Source: Trueperaceae bacterium | GTDB taxonomy: Bacteria > Deinococcota > Deinococci > Deinococcales > Trueperaceae | Assembly: GCA_035703635.1 (NCBI GenBank) | Contig: DASSXV010000023.1 | Location: 1 to 64,000, forward strand | DNA: 64,000 nt | Direction: 5' to 3' | Shown: piece after piece, positions 17,593 through 26,835 of the stretch | Position numbering within the stretch: the first letter of the stretch is position 1 | How the letters are laid out: every line of letters begins with the position of its first letter | The notes under the pieces: generated by a model | What the model was told of the DNA's origin: nothing | What the model saw: only the letters and a program-made list of their open reading frames with translations | The model's database searches: none | Position numbers and translations under genes: made by a program

Positions 17593-17907
17593 ATGGCGTG
17601 GGTCGTTCTGATCGTCTCAGGGCTGTTCGAAGCCGTGTGGGCCACTGCGCTCGGCCGTTCGGATGGCTTGACCAAGCTGTGGCCGTCGGTACTGTTCTTC
17701 ATCGCGCTAGTGCTAAGCATGGGGGGCCTTGCCTACGCCATGAAGACACTGCCAACCGGCACTTCTTATGCTGTGTGGGTCGGTATCGGCGCCACCGTCG
17801 CCGTGATCGTGTCGATGGCTACGGGCGCCGAGGCGTTCTCGTGGCCGCGCGCTTTCCTGCTCCTCGGCTTGGTCTCGTGCATCGCCCTCCTCAAGGTGGT
17901 GCGGTGA
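17593..17907 (+). CDS. sugE: SMR-family guanidinium exporter (Gdx/SugE)
   Basis: 104 aa, 4 TM, 'WVVLIVSGLFEAVWA' with the membrane Glu, 'LPTGTSYAVWVGIG'; guanidine riboswitch upstream. Confidence 0.88.
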   Translation: MAWVVLIVSGLFEAVWATALGRSDGLTKLWPSVLFFIALVLSMGGLAYAMKTLPTGTSYAVWVGIGATVAVIVSMATGAEAFSWPRAFLLLGLVSCIALLKVVR

Positions 17908-17980
17908 GGTCGGCCGCGGCCGCGCGTGATACCTTCACGACTAACTGCCGCGGGAGCGGCGCTACTTGGAGGTCGCCAGC

Positions 17981-18148
17981 GTGAAGCCAACACCGCTAGT
18001 GCTGCTCGTCGTGTTCCTCGCCATCGGCGCCTACTTGCTGTGGCGCGCGCTGCAAGGGGGCGGACCCGTCTACTACTTCCTGTCAGCGGTCGCTTTCGGC
18101 ATGGCCATCGGCGTGATGCAGGGCATCAACCGCGGCAGGCGCGGCTAG
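17981..18148 (+). CDS. Small two-TM membrane protein, unknown function
   Basis: GGAGG RBS followed by GTG; two hydrophobic helices and a basic tail. Confidence 0.6.
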   Translation: MKPTPLVLLVVFLAIGAYLLWRALQGGGPVYYFLSAVAFGMAIGVMQGINRGRRG

Positions 18149-18160
18149 CGGGGCAAGGCG

Positions 18161-20401
18161 GTGGCGCCTGGAGGGGGGTCGGAGCGGGCCGACGTGGTCT
18201 CGGCGTTCCCCTTCGCTACTAGCAGACAGGCCGTTCGACCTGGCCGCGTTGCCGTTGCGCCGGCCGTAAGCGGGCGCGCTTGGAGCTTCGGGGCTTTCGA
18301 GCTCGAGCTGCACGCTGACCCTTTAGCGCAACTCGTCGTGAGAGCGAGCGGTAGCAACGGGGTCTTCCGTTCACCGCCCGGCCGCGCCTGGCTGGCGGCC
18401 GCGCAAGGAAGCTACCGCGCCACCGGCCGTGCTGGCCACCTCCGCCCAGTCGAGAAGCTCGACCTGCGTTTCCGCCACCAATGGTTGGCCAGCGTCGACG
18501 AGGACACAGTCGACGGGCGTCCCGCCCTGCTGCTGCGCGGCCACCTCGCCCTTGAACCGGATGAACTGAAGGCCACGGCAAGAGATGGGACTGCGCACGT
18601 CGCATACGAACTGCGCCTCGTCGATATCGACGGTCGGCGCTGCGGCGTGGAAGTCGACTTGCTGCCTCCAGCCGGCGCCGACGGCAGTTGCTTCGCCGAG
18701 CTCTTGTGGGAACAGCCGCCAAGCGCGCGCGTGTTCGGCTTCGGCGCGCAGTTCACCTACCTCGACATGCGTGGGCGGGAGGTGCCGATACTCACGGCGG
18801 AGCAGGGCGTCGGCCGCGGCGCGCAGCCCCTCACGCGCTACACGGAAGCTTTCGGGGGTGCAGGCGGCGACTGGTGGAGCACGTACGCCCCGGTGCCAGG
18901 CTTCGTCACCACCGAGCTATGTGGGCTGCTGCTGCGTAACACGGAACCGATGCGCTTCGACCTGCGCCGGCCGGGCGTTGGCAGCGCGCGCGTCTACGCC
19001 GCGCAACTGCGGGCGTTGGTGTACTGCGCCGACGCGCCAGCGGAGCTCCTCGAACTGCACACGCGCGCTACGGGCCGCATGCCTGCGCTGCCAGACTGGG
19101 TTCACAGCGGCGCCATCGTCGGGTTGCAAGGCGGGAACGAGAAGGTCGAGCAGGCCGTCGCCGACCTCGAGGCGGCAGGCGCCAAGGTGGCTGGCGTGTG
19201 GCTGCAGGACTGGGTAGGCAACCGCCAAGTGCCGTTCGGCACGCGGCTGTGGTGGGATTGGCAGCGCGACGAGGAGCGCTACCCCGACTGGCACGGCATG
19301 CGAGGGCGATTGGCGCGCAACGGCGTGCGCATCCTGACTTACGTGAACCCGTTCCTGGCGCCGATGACCGACAGGCCGGGCAGCAAGCCCGGACTCTTCG
19401 ATGCTGCGGACGCCGCTGGTTACTTCGTCAAGACGGCGACCGGTGAGACGTACCTGACCGACCAGGGCGACTTCCAGGCTGGCCTGATCGACCTCTCCAA
19501 CCCCGAGGCGCGCGCCTGGTATCTGGAGGTCCTCGCCGAGAACCTAACCGAGAGTGGTGCGTCTGGCTGGATGGCCGACTTCGGTGAGGGGCTACCTCTC
19601 GACGCGCACCTTGCCAGCGGCACGGCGCTCGCGTGGCACAACCACTACCCGGAGGCGTGGGCGGCGTTCAACCACGACCTCCGCGCTCGGGTCGCGGAGC
19701 TGAGCGGCGGTGCGGGGGGCGATTACGTGACGTTCTTCCGCTCCGGCTTCACCCGCAGCCCAGGCAACGCCGGTTTGTTCTGGCTCGGAGATCAGTGCGT
19801 CACGTGGGATCGCTTCGACGGCCTGGCTAGCGCCCTGACGGGGCTACTGTCAAGCGGCTTCTCCGGCTTCGCCCTCAACCACGGCGACGTCGGTGGCTAC
19901 ACTTCGACGCTCTCGCCGCTGCCCGTCACCGTGCGGACGCCCGAACTCCTCGCACGCTGGGGCGAACTCATGGCGTTCACGCCCGTGCTCCGCAGCCACG
20001 AAGGCAACCGCCCGCAGCACAACGCCCAGGTCTACTCGACGGCCGAGACGCGCGGCGCGTTCGCGCGCGCGGCACGCCTGCACGCACAGTGGGTCGACTT
20101 GCGCCGCGAACTCATGCGGCAGGCGGCCGCTACTGGCGTGCCTGTCGTCCGCCACCCGTGGCTGCAGTACCCGGCAGACGCGCAGTGCGCCGACCTCACT
20201 GGTCAGTACTTCCTTGGCCCCGACCTGCTGGTTGCGCCGGTGCTGCAGGCGGGGGCAAGCAGCGTCCGCGCCTACCTACCAGCTGGCAGCGGCACGTGGC
20301 GGCACCGCTGGACGGGCGCCGCCTACGCAGCGGGCGCTGGCGCCTGGGTGGAGGTACCCGCGCCAGTAGGGCAGCCTGGGCTGTTCGACCGCGAGAACTA
20401 G
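18161..20401 (+). CDS. yihQ: GH31 alpha-glucosidase, sulfoquinovosidase (YihQ)-like
   Basis: 'GLQGG', 'WLQDWVG....FGTRLWWDW', nucleophile 'GWMADFGE', acid/base 'WLGDQ', 'DVGGYT', 'RSHEGNRP'. Exact start is uncertain. Confidence 0.8.
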   Translation: MAPGGGSERADVVSAFPFATSRQAVRPGRVAVAPAVSGRAWSFGAFELELHADPLAQLVVRASGSNGVFRSPPGRAWLAAAQGSYRATGRAGHLRPVEKLDLRFRHQWLASVDEDTVDGRPALLLRGHLALEPDELKATARDGTAHVAYELRLVDIDGRRCGVEVDLLPPAGADGSCFAELLWEQPPSARVFGFGAQFTYLDMRGREVPILTAEQGVGRGAQPLTRYTEAFGGAGGDWWSTYAPVPGFVTTELCGLLLRNTEPMRFDLRRPGVGSARVYAAQLRALVYCADAPAELLELHTRATGRMPALPDWVHSGAIVGLQGGNEKVEQAVADLEAAGAKVAGVWLQDWVGNRQVPFGTRLWWDWQRDEERYPDWHGMRGRLARNGVRILTYVNPFLAPMTDRPGSKPGLFDAADAAGYFVKTATGETYLTDQGDFQAGLIDLSNPEARAWYLEVLAENLTESGASGWMADFGEGLPLDAHLASGTALAWHNHYPEAWAAFNHDLRARVAELSGGAGGDYVTFFRSGFTRSPGNAGLFWLGDQCVTWDRFDGLASALTGLLSSGFSGFALNHGDVGGYTSTLSPLPVTVRTPELLARWGELMAFTPVLRSHEGNRPQHNAQVYSTAETRGAFARAARLHAQWVDLRRELMRQAAATGVPVVRHPWLQYPADAQCADLTGQYFLGPDLLVAPVLQAGASSVRAYLPAGSGTWRHRWTGAAYAAGAGAWVEVPAPVGQPGLFDREN

Positions 20402-20404
20402 GGG

Positions 20405-21274
20405 CTAACCGCGGCGCCTGCCGCGCGGGTCGAGCACGTCGCGGAGCCCGTCGCCCAGGAGGTTGAAGGCAAGCACTGTCAGGAGGATGGCGAGGGCTGG
20501 CGCTGAAGACGCCCATGGCGCCTCGGCGATGAACGACCGCGTTTCCGACACGACGGCGCCCCACTCTGGGGTGGGCGGCTGGGCGCCGAAGCCGATGAAC
20601 CCGAGACCCGCCGCCGTGAGTATGGCGCCCCCGACGTCGAAGCTCGCCTGCACCAGCAGTGGTGTTAGCGCGTTGGGCAGGACGTGCTTGAGGGCCTGAC
20701 GCCAACGGCCCGCTCCAAGCGCGCGTGACGCGTCTACGAAATCCAGTGTCTTGAGACTCAGCACCTGGGCGCGCAACAGGCGGGCGTAGTAAGGCCAAGA
20801 CACGGCGGCGACTGCGATGATCAGGTTAGTGAGGCTGGGTCCGAGGGCGCCAGCTATGGCCATCGCCAAGATGAGGGCGGGGAACGCGAAGAAGATGTCG
20901 GTGATGCGCATCGCCACTTCGTCGACGACGCCGCCGAAGATGCCCGCGAGCAGCCCGACGAGGCCGCCGATGACCAAGGAGGCCGCCACGACCGTCAGGC
21001 CGATGCGTAACGAGATACGCGACCCGAACACGACGCGCGACCACACGTCGCGGCCCAACTGGTCCGTGCCGAGCAAGTGCTGTGCGCTCGGCGGCTTCAG
21101 CCTCGCACTTAGGTCCTGAGCGAGCGGGTCGCCCGCCAGGTACGGGGCGAGGATGGCGACGAGGACGAGCGACACCGCCAAGATGGTGCCGACTAGCGTT
21201 CCGGGGTTGCGGAAGAAGCGCCGCATGGCCTTATTGCGGATGAGGGGCTGGCGGCCAGGCACGCGCGCGGTCAT
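20405..21274 (-). CDS. Peptide/nickel ABC transporter permease (DppC-like)
   Basis: 'HLLGTDQLGRDVWSR', 'PPTPEWG', 'GDGLRDVLDPR'. Confidence 0.92.
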   Translation of the reverse strand: MTARVPGRQPLIRNKAMRRFFRNPGTLVGTILAVSLVLVAILAPYLAGDPLAQDLSARLKPPSAQHLLGTDQLGRDVWSRVVFGSRISLRIGLTVVAASLVIGGLVGLLAGIFGGVVDEVAMRITDIFFAFPALILAMAIAGALGPSLTNLIIAVAAVSWPYYARLLRAQVLSLKTLDFVDASRALGAGRWRQALKHVLPNALTPLLVQASFDVGGAILTAAGLGFIGFGAQPPTPEWGAVVSETRSFIAEAPWASSAPALAILLTVLAFNLLGDGLRDVLDPRGRRRG

Positions 21275-22278
21275 GCGTACGCGATCCTAGGGTCGAACAC
21301 GACATACAAGACGTCTACCAAGAGATTGATGACGCTGTAAGCCAGCCCGGCGATGAGCGTTACGCCCATGACGGCCGGGAAGTCGAGCGCGGTGGCGCTA
21401 GCGGTGGCGTACGAGCCGAGACCGGGCCAGGAGAAGATGGTTTCCGTTAGTACCGCGCCCGTCAGGAGCGCCCCGAGCAGACTGCCGAGGACGGTGAGCA
21501 CGGGCAGTGCGGCGTTACGCAGCGCGTGCTTGAGCACGACCTTGGTATCAGGCAGGCCCTTGGCCTTGGCAGTGCGCACGAAGTCTTGAGATAACACCTC
21601 TAGCATGGCGCTGCGCACCATGCGGGCGACGAGGGCGGTGGAGAAAGCTCCAAGCACCAGCGCTGGCAGCAGCAGGTGGCGCAGTGCGTCTCCGAGCACT
21701 TCCCAATCTCCTGCCAGCAGGGCGTCGAGCGTGAGGATGCCGGTCACCCGCGGTGGCGCCAAGAGGTAAGCGTCCAACCTCCCTGGGCCAGGCAGCCACC
21801 CGAGTTTCGCGTGAAAGAGCTGAAGCATCAAGATCGCCAGCCAATAGACGGGCGTAGCGCCCCCAACCAGAGCGAGTGTCCTGACGCCGAGGTCTAGCGG
21901 CTCGTCCTGCTTGACGGCGGCGAGTATCCCGGCCGGAATGCCAAGCGCCAAGGCGAACAGCATGGCGGCGATGGTCAGCTCGAAGGTGGCGGGGAAGAAG
22001 TCCCTAAGGTCGTTCAGGATCGGTCTGCCAGTTCGCAGGGAACGCCCGAGGTCGCCAGTCGCCAGCGAGCGCATGTAGAGCAGGTACTGCTGCCACGGCG
22101 GCTTGTCTAGGCCGCGCTTCTCACGGTAAGCAGCGACTTGCGCGGGGCGGGCGTTGTTGCCGAGCGCCGCCGCCGCCGGATCTGCCGGCACTACCTGCGA
22201 GATGAAGAAGGCCGCGAAGCCGACGCCCCACACCACGAACACGAGGGAACCGACGCGCCGCAATATGAACGCTAGCAC
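21271..22278 (-). CDS. Peptide/nickel ABC transporter permease (DppB-like)
   Basis: 'DFVRTAKAKGL', 'ETIFSWPGLG', 'DPRI'. Confidence 0.92.
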   Translation of the reverse strand: MLAFILRRVGSLVFVVWGVGFAAFFISQVVPADPAAAALGNNARPAQVAAYREKRGLDKPPWQQYLLYMRSLATGDLGRSLRTGRPILNDLRDFFPATFELTIAAMLFALALGIPAGILAAVKQDEPLDLGVRTLALVGGATPVYWLAILMLQLFHAKLGWLPGPGRLDAYLLAPPRVTGILTLDALLAGDWEVLGDALRHLLLPALVLGAFSTALVARMVRSAMLEVLSQDFVRTAKAKGLPDTKVVLKHALRNAALPVLTVLGSLLGALLTGAVLTETIFSWPGLGSYATASATALDFPAVMGVTLIAGLAYSVINLLVDVLYVVFDPRIAYA

Positions 22279-22299
22279 CGGGTCTCCTTGGCAGGGTTA

Positions 22300-22327
22300 G
22301 GGAGGGCCCGATTACCAGGGCCCTCCC
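22300..22327. other. Intercistronic stem-loop between the SBP gene and the permease gene
   Basis: GGGAGGGCCC-N8-GGGCCCTCCC perfect 10-bp stem. Confidence 0.6.
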
Positions 22328-22362
22328 GCGTGCGGCTTCGGTTCAAGTAACGCCCGCCGAGA

Positions 22363-23946
22363 TCAGGGGAGCTTGCTTATGCGGTCGAGTTCCACGTCGC
22401 CGCCTGCGCTGCGGACGAAGCCCTCGACCTTTGCCGAGGTGACGATGGGCTTGTACGGCTGGTAGAGCATGTCGTATGGGCCTTCTGTCGCTACCAACCG
22501 CGTGAGCTGCCCGTAGATCTCGGCCCGAACGGCCGGGTCGATAGTGGTGGCGCCCTCGGTGGCCAGGCGTCCGGCCTCCGGGTTGTTCCACACGTTGCGC
22601 CAAGCGATCGAGGACGCGTCGTAATTGGACAGTGGCGTGGCGTTGCCGTCGGGATCCGGGTAGTCGGGGCTCCACGCCGCGAGCACGATCTGCGCTTGCT
22701 GCGCGCGGTAGATGGTGTACAGCTCGCTGGCTACCGTCTGCTTGATGTTGGCCGTAATGCCTGCCTCAGCGAGGTCGGCCTGGACCTTGGCGGCGAGGTC
22801 GGCGCAAGGGATGCCGCCGCCGCAGGCGCCGGTCGGGATGAGGAACTCGACGGTCAGGCCGGTGGCGCCAGCCTCCGCGAGGAGCGACTTGGCCTTCTCG
22901 ACGTCGCGCTCGTAGTAGATGGTCGAGTCAGCGCCCATGAGACCGGCGGGAATGATGGTCTGCATGCGGCGACCGAGGCCGAGCAGCAAGCTGTCGATGA
23001 TGGCCTGCTGGTCGACCGCGTAGCGCACGGCGTCGCGGACGCGGTTGTCTTCGAACGGTGCGCCAGGGCCAGAGTTAAGGCCAAGGTAGGTCATCTGGAA
23101 GGTGTCGGTCTTGTAGGTCTTGAGGTTCGCGTTCGACTCGGCGGCCTGGAAAGCCTCGGGGGTGTAATCGTACGCGATGTCGATCTCGCCAGACTCTAGC
23201 GCCGTGCGCTGCGCGTTCGCTTCTTGCATGTAGCGCAAGATGACGCGCGTGATGCTGCCAGGCGTGGCGTACTCGGGGTTGGCGACGAGCACTACTTGCG
23301 CGCTGCGATCCCACCGTTCGAGCATGTACGGGCCAGAACCCGCGGAGTGATCGTTCAACCACGCCTGGCCGTAGTCGCCGTCCTGGAAGTTGGGTTCGAC
23401 CTCGGCCTGGTCCATGACCCCACCGATGTTGAAGGTCAGCAGGTTGAGGACGATGCTCGGGTTGATGCTGACTGGCAGGTCGAGGCGCACGGTCTTGTCG
23501 TCAAGCGCGACGGTCGAGCCGATCTCCATGCCAGCAACGTCAGTGAAGAGGAACGAGGACGGCCCCCCGATCTGGATGGCGCGCTCGAACGAGAACACCA
23601 CGTCGGACGACTTGACGGGCCGGCCCGTCGAGAACTTCGCGTCTTTGAGGTGGAAGGTGATGCTCGTGCCTCCGCCGTCCCGTTCCGCGATCTCCCAGCT
23701 CTCTGCCAGGCCTGGCACGACCTTGGAGAGGTCAGCGCCGTCGAACTTGACGAGGCGCTCGTAGATGTTGTCGATGATCACGGTGCCTGAGAACTCGTAA
23801 CTGACGCCGGGGTCGATGGTGAGCAAGTCGGTCCAGTCCCCGCCGATCACGAGGGTGGTCTGCCTAGCCGATTGAGCGCTGCCGATAGCCAGTGAAAGGG
23901 CGACTACGAGCGCAACCGCTAGGGTTGCAATCTGCTTTAACCGCAT
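22363..23946 (-). CDS. Family-5 (peptide/nickel) ABC substrate-binding protein
   Basis: Signal peptide, 'PGLAESWE', 'AGSGPY', 'WSPDYPDP'. ATG at 23946 follows GGAGG. Confidence 0.9.
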   Translation of the reverse strand: MRLKQIATLAVALVVALSLAIGSAQSARQTTLVIGGDWTDLLTIDPGVSYEFSGTVIIDNIYERLVKFDGADLSKVVPGLAESWEIAERDGGGTSITFHLKDAKFSTGRPVKSSDVVFSFERAIQIGGPSSFLFTDVAGMEIGSTVALDDKTVRLDLPVSINPSIVLNLLTFNIGGVMDQAEVEPNFQDGDYGQAWLNDHSAGSGPYMLERWDRSAQVVLVANPEYATPGSITRVILRYMQEANAQRTALESGEIDIAYDYTPEAFQAAESNANLKTYKTDTFQMTYLGLNSGPGAPFEDNRVRDAVRYAVDQQAIIDSLLLGLGRRMQTIIPAGLMGADSTIYYERDVEKAKSLLAEAGATGLTVEFLIPTGACGGGIPCADLAAKVQADLAEAGITANIKQTVASELYTIYRAQQAQIVLAAWSPDYPDPDGNATPLSNYDASSIAWRNVWNNPEAGRLATEGATTIDPAVRAEIYGQLTRLVATEGPYDMLYQPYKPIVTSAKVEGFVRSAGGDVELDRISKLP

Positions 23947-24019
23947 GCTGCCTCCAAGGTGAGGACGAGACTGTTGGCCCGGCGGGGATGTCGGGTAGGC
24001 GAATTCTACACCCCTGCCC

Positions 24020-24718
24020 TCAGGTGCCAAGCCCTTGCAGCATGTTGGTGGCGGCTTGCTTCTCCACCTCGTCGGAAGCGCGGGCCGCCGGGAGGCTAAG
24101 CGCCTTCTCCAACTGAACCCGCGCTTCTGCCGGCTTTCCTAACGCGATCAGGGCCCTGGCGTACTCGACGCGCAGGTTGACTTGGTCAGGCGCGGCGGCG
24201 ATGCCCTTGGCTAGGAGCGGTTCGACGGCGTCCTTGCGGCCGCCGTACAACCACCCGACGCCGTTCTCGACCAGCTCGAGGTGCCACATCGCCAGCCCCA
24301 CGAGGGCGTCTGCGTTGTTGGGATCCAGCCGCAGCGCCTTGTCGAAGAGCCCCTTGAGTTCGGGCGCAACGCCAAGGTTCTGCAAGATGCCAGAGCGACG
24401 CGCGATCTCGCCCTTGGCGCGCGCGAGCTGCACGACGGCCGCGGCGGAAGTGGGGTCCAGCTTCACTGCCGCCTCCCCTGCCGTGACCGCGCGGTCAAGC
24501 CACGTCAGTTCCTCGGCGAGCGGGGCGCCTTCGAGGGCGAGGTGGTAGACGACCTCGTCCGAAGCTGCCCGTGCTGCGGTCGTCTGCATGGCGGCCGTCT
24601 GTACCGAGCTTGCCTTCTCCCAGGCGGCGGCGTAGTCGCCGCGGTCGCCGAGCGCGGCCGGGGTCTGAGCGAGGGCGGTCGGCGCTAGCAGCAGCGAGCA
24701 GGCGGCTAACAGCGCCAT
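24020..24718 (-). CDS. Exported TPR-like protein
   Basis: Signal peptide 'ALAQ'; TPR helices 'KALRLDPNNADALVGLA' and 'AAAPDQVNLRVEYARAL'. Start is uncertain. Confidence 0.7.
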   Translation of the reverse strand: MALLAACSLLLAPTALAQTPAALGDRGDYAAAWEKASSVQTAAMQTTAARAASDEVVYHLALEGAPLAEELTWLDRAVTAGEAAVKLDPTSAAAVVQLARAKGEIARRSGILQNLGVAPELKGLFDKALRLDPNNADALVGLAMWHLELVENGVGWLYGGRKDAVEPLLAKGIAAAPDQVNLRVEYARALIALGKPAEARVQLEKALSLPAARASDEVEKQAATNMLQGLGT

Positions 24719-24749
24719 GCGGCGCGCTACGCGGCCACCGAGGCTGGGA

Positions 24750-26024
24750 TCAGAACGCGAACTCGAGGCCGACGCGGAACTCGCTGTTGTCGGTCCATGC
24801 ACCATACATGCTCCCGTCTGGGCCGTAGAAGATGGTGGCCGCCGCCGTACCCGTCAGGCCGTCCGCGAACGAGTAACTGAGGGCCGGTCTGACGACCCCG
24901 CTGCCGTCGAGCCACTCGTGCAGCCACGAGACGTCGAGGCCGGTGCGGTTGTCTGGGTCGAAGGTGGCGGAGACGACGGTGGAGAGCGAGTGCGTTGGGT
25001 CCGCGCCCGCGTCTGGCGCGGTGCGTTGGTACGCGCCTTGCAGCGCGACGAACGGTCCGCCCGAGATGTTCGTCTCTACCCCTAGGACTGCCGCGAGAGT
25101 GTCGTTGCCTACCGTTGGGTCCGTGCCGTCCGGGTCCTCTGCGAAGGTGTACGCCGTCTCGCCACGCAGCACGTAGTTTCCTAGCACGACGGAGAAGTCG
25201 CTACCGAGCAGCGTGACGTGGTCGTAGGTCAGGCTCGGCTGCAACTGGACGTGGCCGACGGTTTCGGTCGGGGCGAGGTTGGCCGCGACGGTGGGCAGGT
25301 GCCTGAAGCCGCGGTACGCGACCACGCTGACGTCTGCGCCGCCGCCGATGTCGAGGTCAAGCGTCGCGCGGCCGCCGAACTGGATGTTGCCTACCGAGAA
25401 CTCCGGCACTTCTTCGACGGGCGCGACCACCCCGACGATCGTCATGCCCGGCGGTAGCTGCGGCATGGCGATCGCTGGTTGCCAGCGGGCGCCCGGCAGG
25501 GTAGATGGCACGAAGACGGGCACGACGACGAGGTCGACCGTTACGCCGTCCTGGCCGTGCACCGTTGCCCGGAGCAGCGGCGTTGGCAGGCGTTGGTCGC
25601 TCGGGTTACCGACCGGGTTCGCCAGGTCGCGCGGGTTGATCACGTCGACAGGGTTGACGGCGTCGGTCGAGCCCCACGCCACCACCTGGTTGCCGACGCT
25701 GAGGTCCACTGGGCCTAAGTAGACGGTGGCGTAAGCGCGGCCGAGGCGCGCGCTGAACGGTTCGGCAGCTGCCGCGTCGTAACGGGCGCCGACCTCGGCC
25801 ACGAAGATGGCGTCTGGGAAGAAGCCAGAGCCAACCTCGCCGTCCAACCGGAGCTTCAAGTCGGCTGCCGCGACCGGGATGGTCCCGTCGATGGCCACGC
25901 CGAACTCGGTTGCGACCTTACCGCCGAGGCGGTAGCTCACCTGGGCGGAGGCGGTCGCTGCGAACAACAGTGCGCTCAGGAAGAGCGCGAGGAGTGAATA
26001 GGGGCGCCTAAGCATGCGTTTCAC
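24750..26024 (-). CDS. Outer-membrane beta-barrel protein (DUF1302-like)
   Basis: Signal peptide, 'GNQVVAWGSTDAVNPVDVINPRD', alternating beta strands, C-terminal 'VGLEFAF'. Confidence 0.75.
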   Translation of the reverse strand: MKRMLRRPYSLLALFLSALLFAATASAQVSYRLGGKVATEFGVAIDGTIPVAAADLKLRLDGEVGSGFFPDAIFVAEVGARYDAAAAEPFSARLGRAYATVYLGPVDLSVGNQVVAWGSTDAVNPVDVINPRDLANPVGNPSDQRLPTPLLRATVHGQDGVTVDLVVVPVFVPSTLPGARWQPAIAMPQLPPGMTIVGVVAPVEEVPEFSVGNIQFGGRATLDLDIGGGADVSVVAYRGFRHLPTVAANLAPTETVGHVQLQPSLTYDHVTLLGSDFSVVLGNYVLRGETAYTFAEDPDGTDPTVGNDTLAAVLGVETNISGGPFVALQGAYQRTAPDAGADPTHSLSTVVSATFDPDNRTGLDVSWLHEWLDGSGVVRPALSYSFADGLTGTAAATIFYGPDGSMYGAWTDNSEFRVGLEFAF

Positions 26025-26042
26025 CTCGTGATCTGGCTAGGC

Positions 26043-26819
26043 TCAGCGCTGGAGGAAGCGCTCGGTGAAGACATCGGCTGGGATGTCGCCGTCAAGCGTG
26101 AAGTCCGACTGGTCGATGGTGGTGAACGAGCCGGTTGCGACCGTCTCCATGCGGATGACGCTAGGCAGCGTGTAATCGCCGACGGTGACCGTGCCGGAGA
26201 TGGTGAGCACCTTGATCAGTTCACCTGCGCGGTAGAACTCGACGCGCTGCGGGATGAGCGTTGCCTCGGGGACCTGGTAGACGATGCGGTCGTAACTACT
26301 GGTCCCGCCAGCGGCAGCCGTGCCTTCCATGACGTAGACGGGGCCGGGCTGGACCTCGAGTAGGGTGGTCGTGAAGTCGTCGCCGAAGTCGCCGCTGAGG
26401 CTCGAGATCTCCTCGTACGAGAAGTCGGAACCGAAGAACGCGTCCTGCTCCTGCCCGCCCGCTACGCGCCTGACGCGGCCGAGGGCGGGGAGGTAGATCA
26501 TCGTCTCCGTTTCGCCTGACGCCTTCTCGATCGAGAGGAAGCCGGAGCCGCGCACGTCGGCTGGTTCGAGGAACTTGATTAGTTGCGAGCGCCCCTCGTC
26601 AGCCGTCCAGATCTGCATCGAGCGCGTGAGCGAGTGCCCAGACCCCGCGGTGATGGTCATGCGCAGGGTCGCGACCGTCGTGCTTGGGGCTGGCATGGCG
26701 TCCATCGCCGCAGTGATCTCGGCGGCCGTGCTGTAGCGCTGGGCGCTGACCGCGCCCCCGATGAGCAGGACTAGGACGAGGGTCGTAAGCAGGCGGGTTA
26801 GCGAGCGGGGTTCAGTCAT
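26043..26819 (-). CDS. Outer-membrane lipoprotein-sorting (LolA-like) periplasmic protein
   Basis: 'KFLEPADVRGSGFL', 'YLPALGRVRR', 'FFGSDFSYE', 'FTERFL'. Confidence 0.85.
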   Translation of the reverse strand: MTEPRSLTRLLTTLVLVLLIGGAVSAQRYSTAAEITAAMDAMPAPSTTVATLRMTITAGSGHSLTRSMQIWTADEGRSQLIKFLEPADVRGSGFLSIEKASGETETMIYLPALGRVRRVAGGQEQDAFFGSDFSYEEISSLSGDFGDDFTTTLLEVQPGPVYVMEGTAAAGGTSSYDRIVYQVPEATLIPQRVEFYRAGELIKVLTISGTVTVGDYTLPSVIRMETVATGSFTTIDQSDFTLDGDIPADVFTERFLQR

Positions 26820-26835
26820 CGGGTGACCTCCTTGG

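Noticed and set aside
17593-17907. SMR gene as a qac antiseptic-resistance determinant
   Set aside because: The guanidine riboswitch and the chromosomal, non-integron context indicate Gdx.
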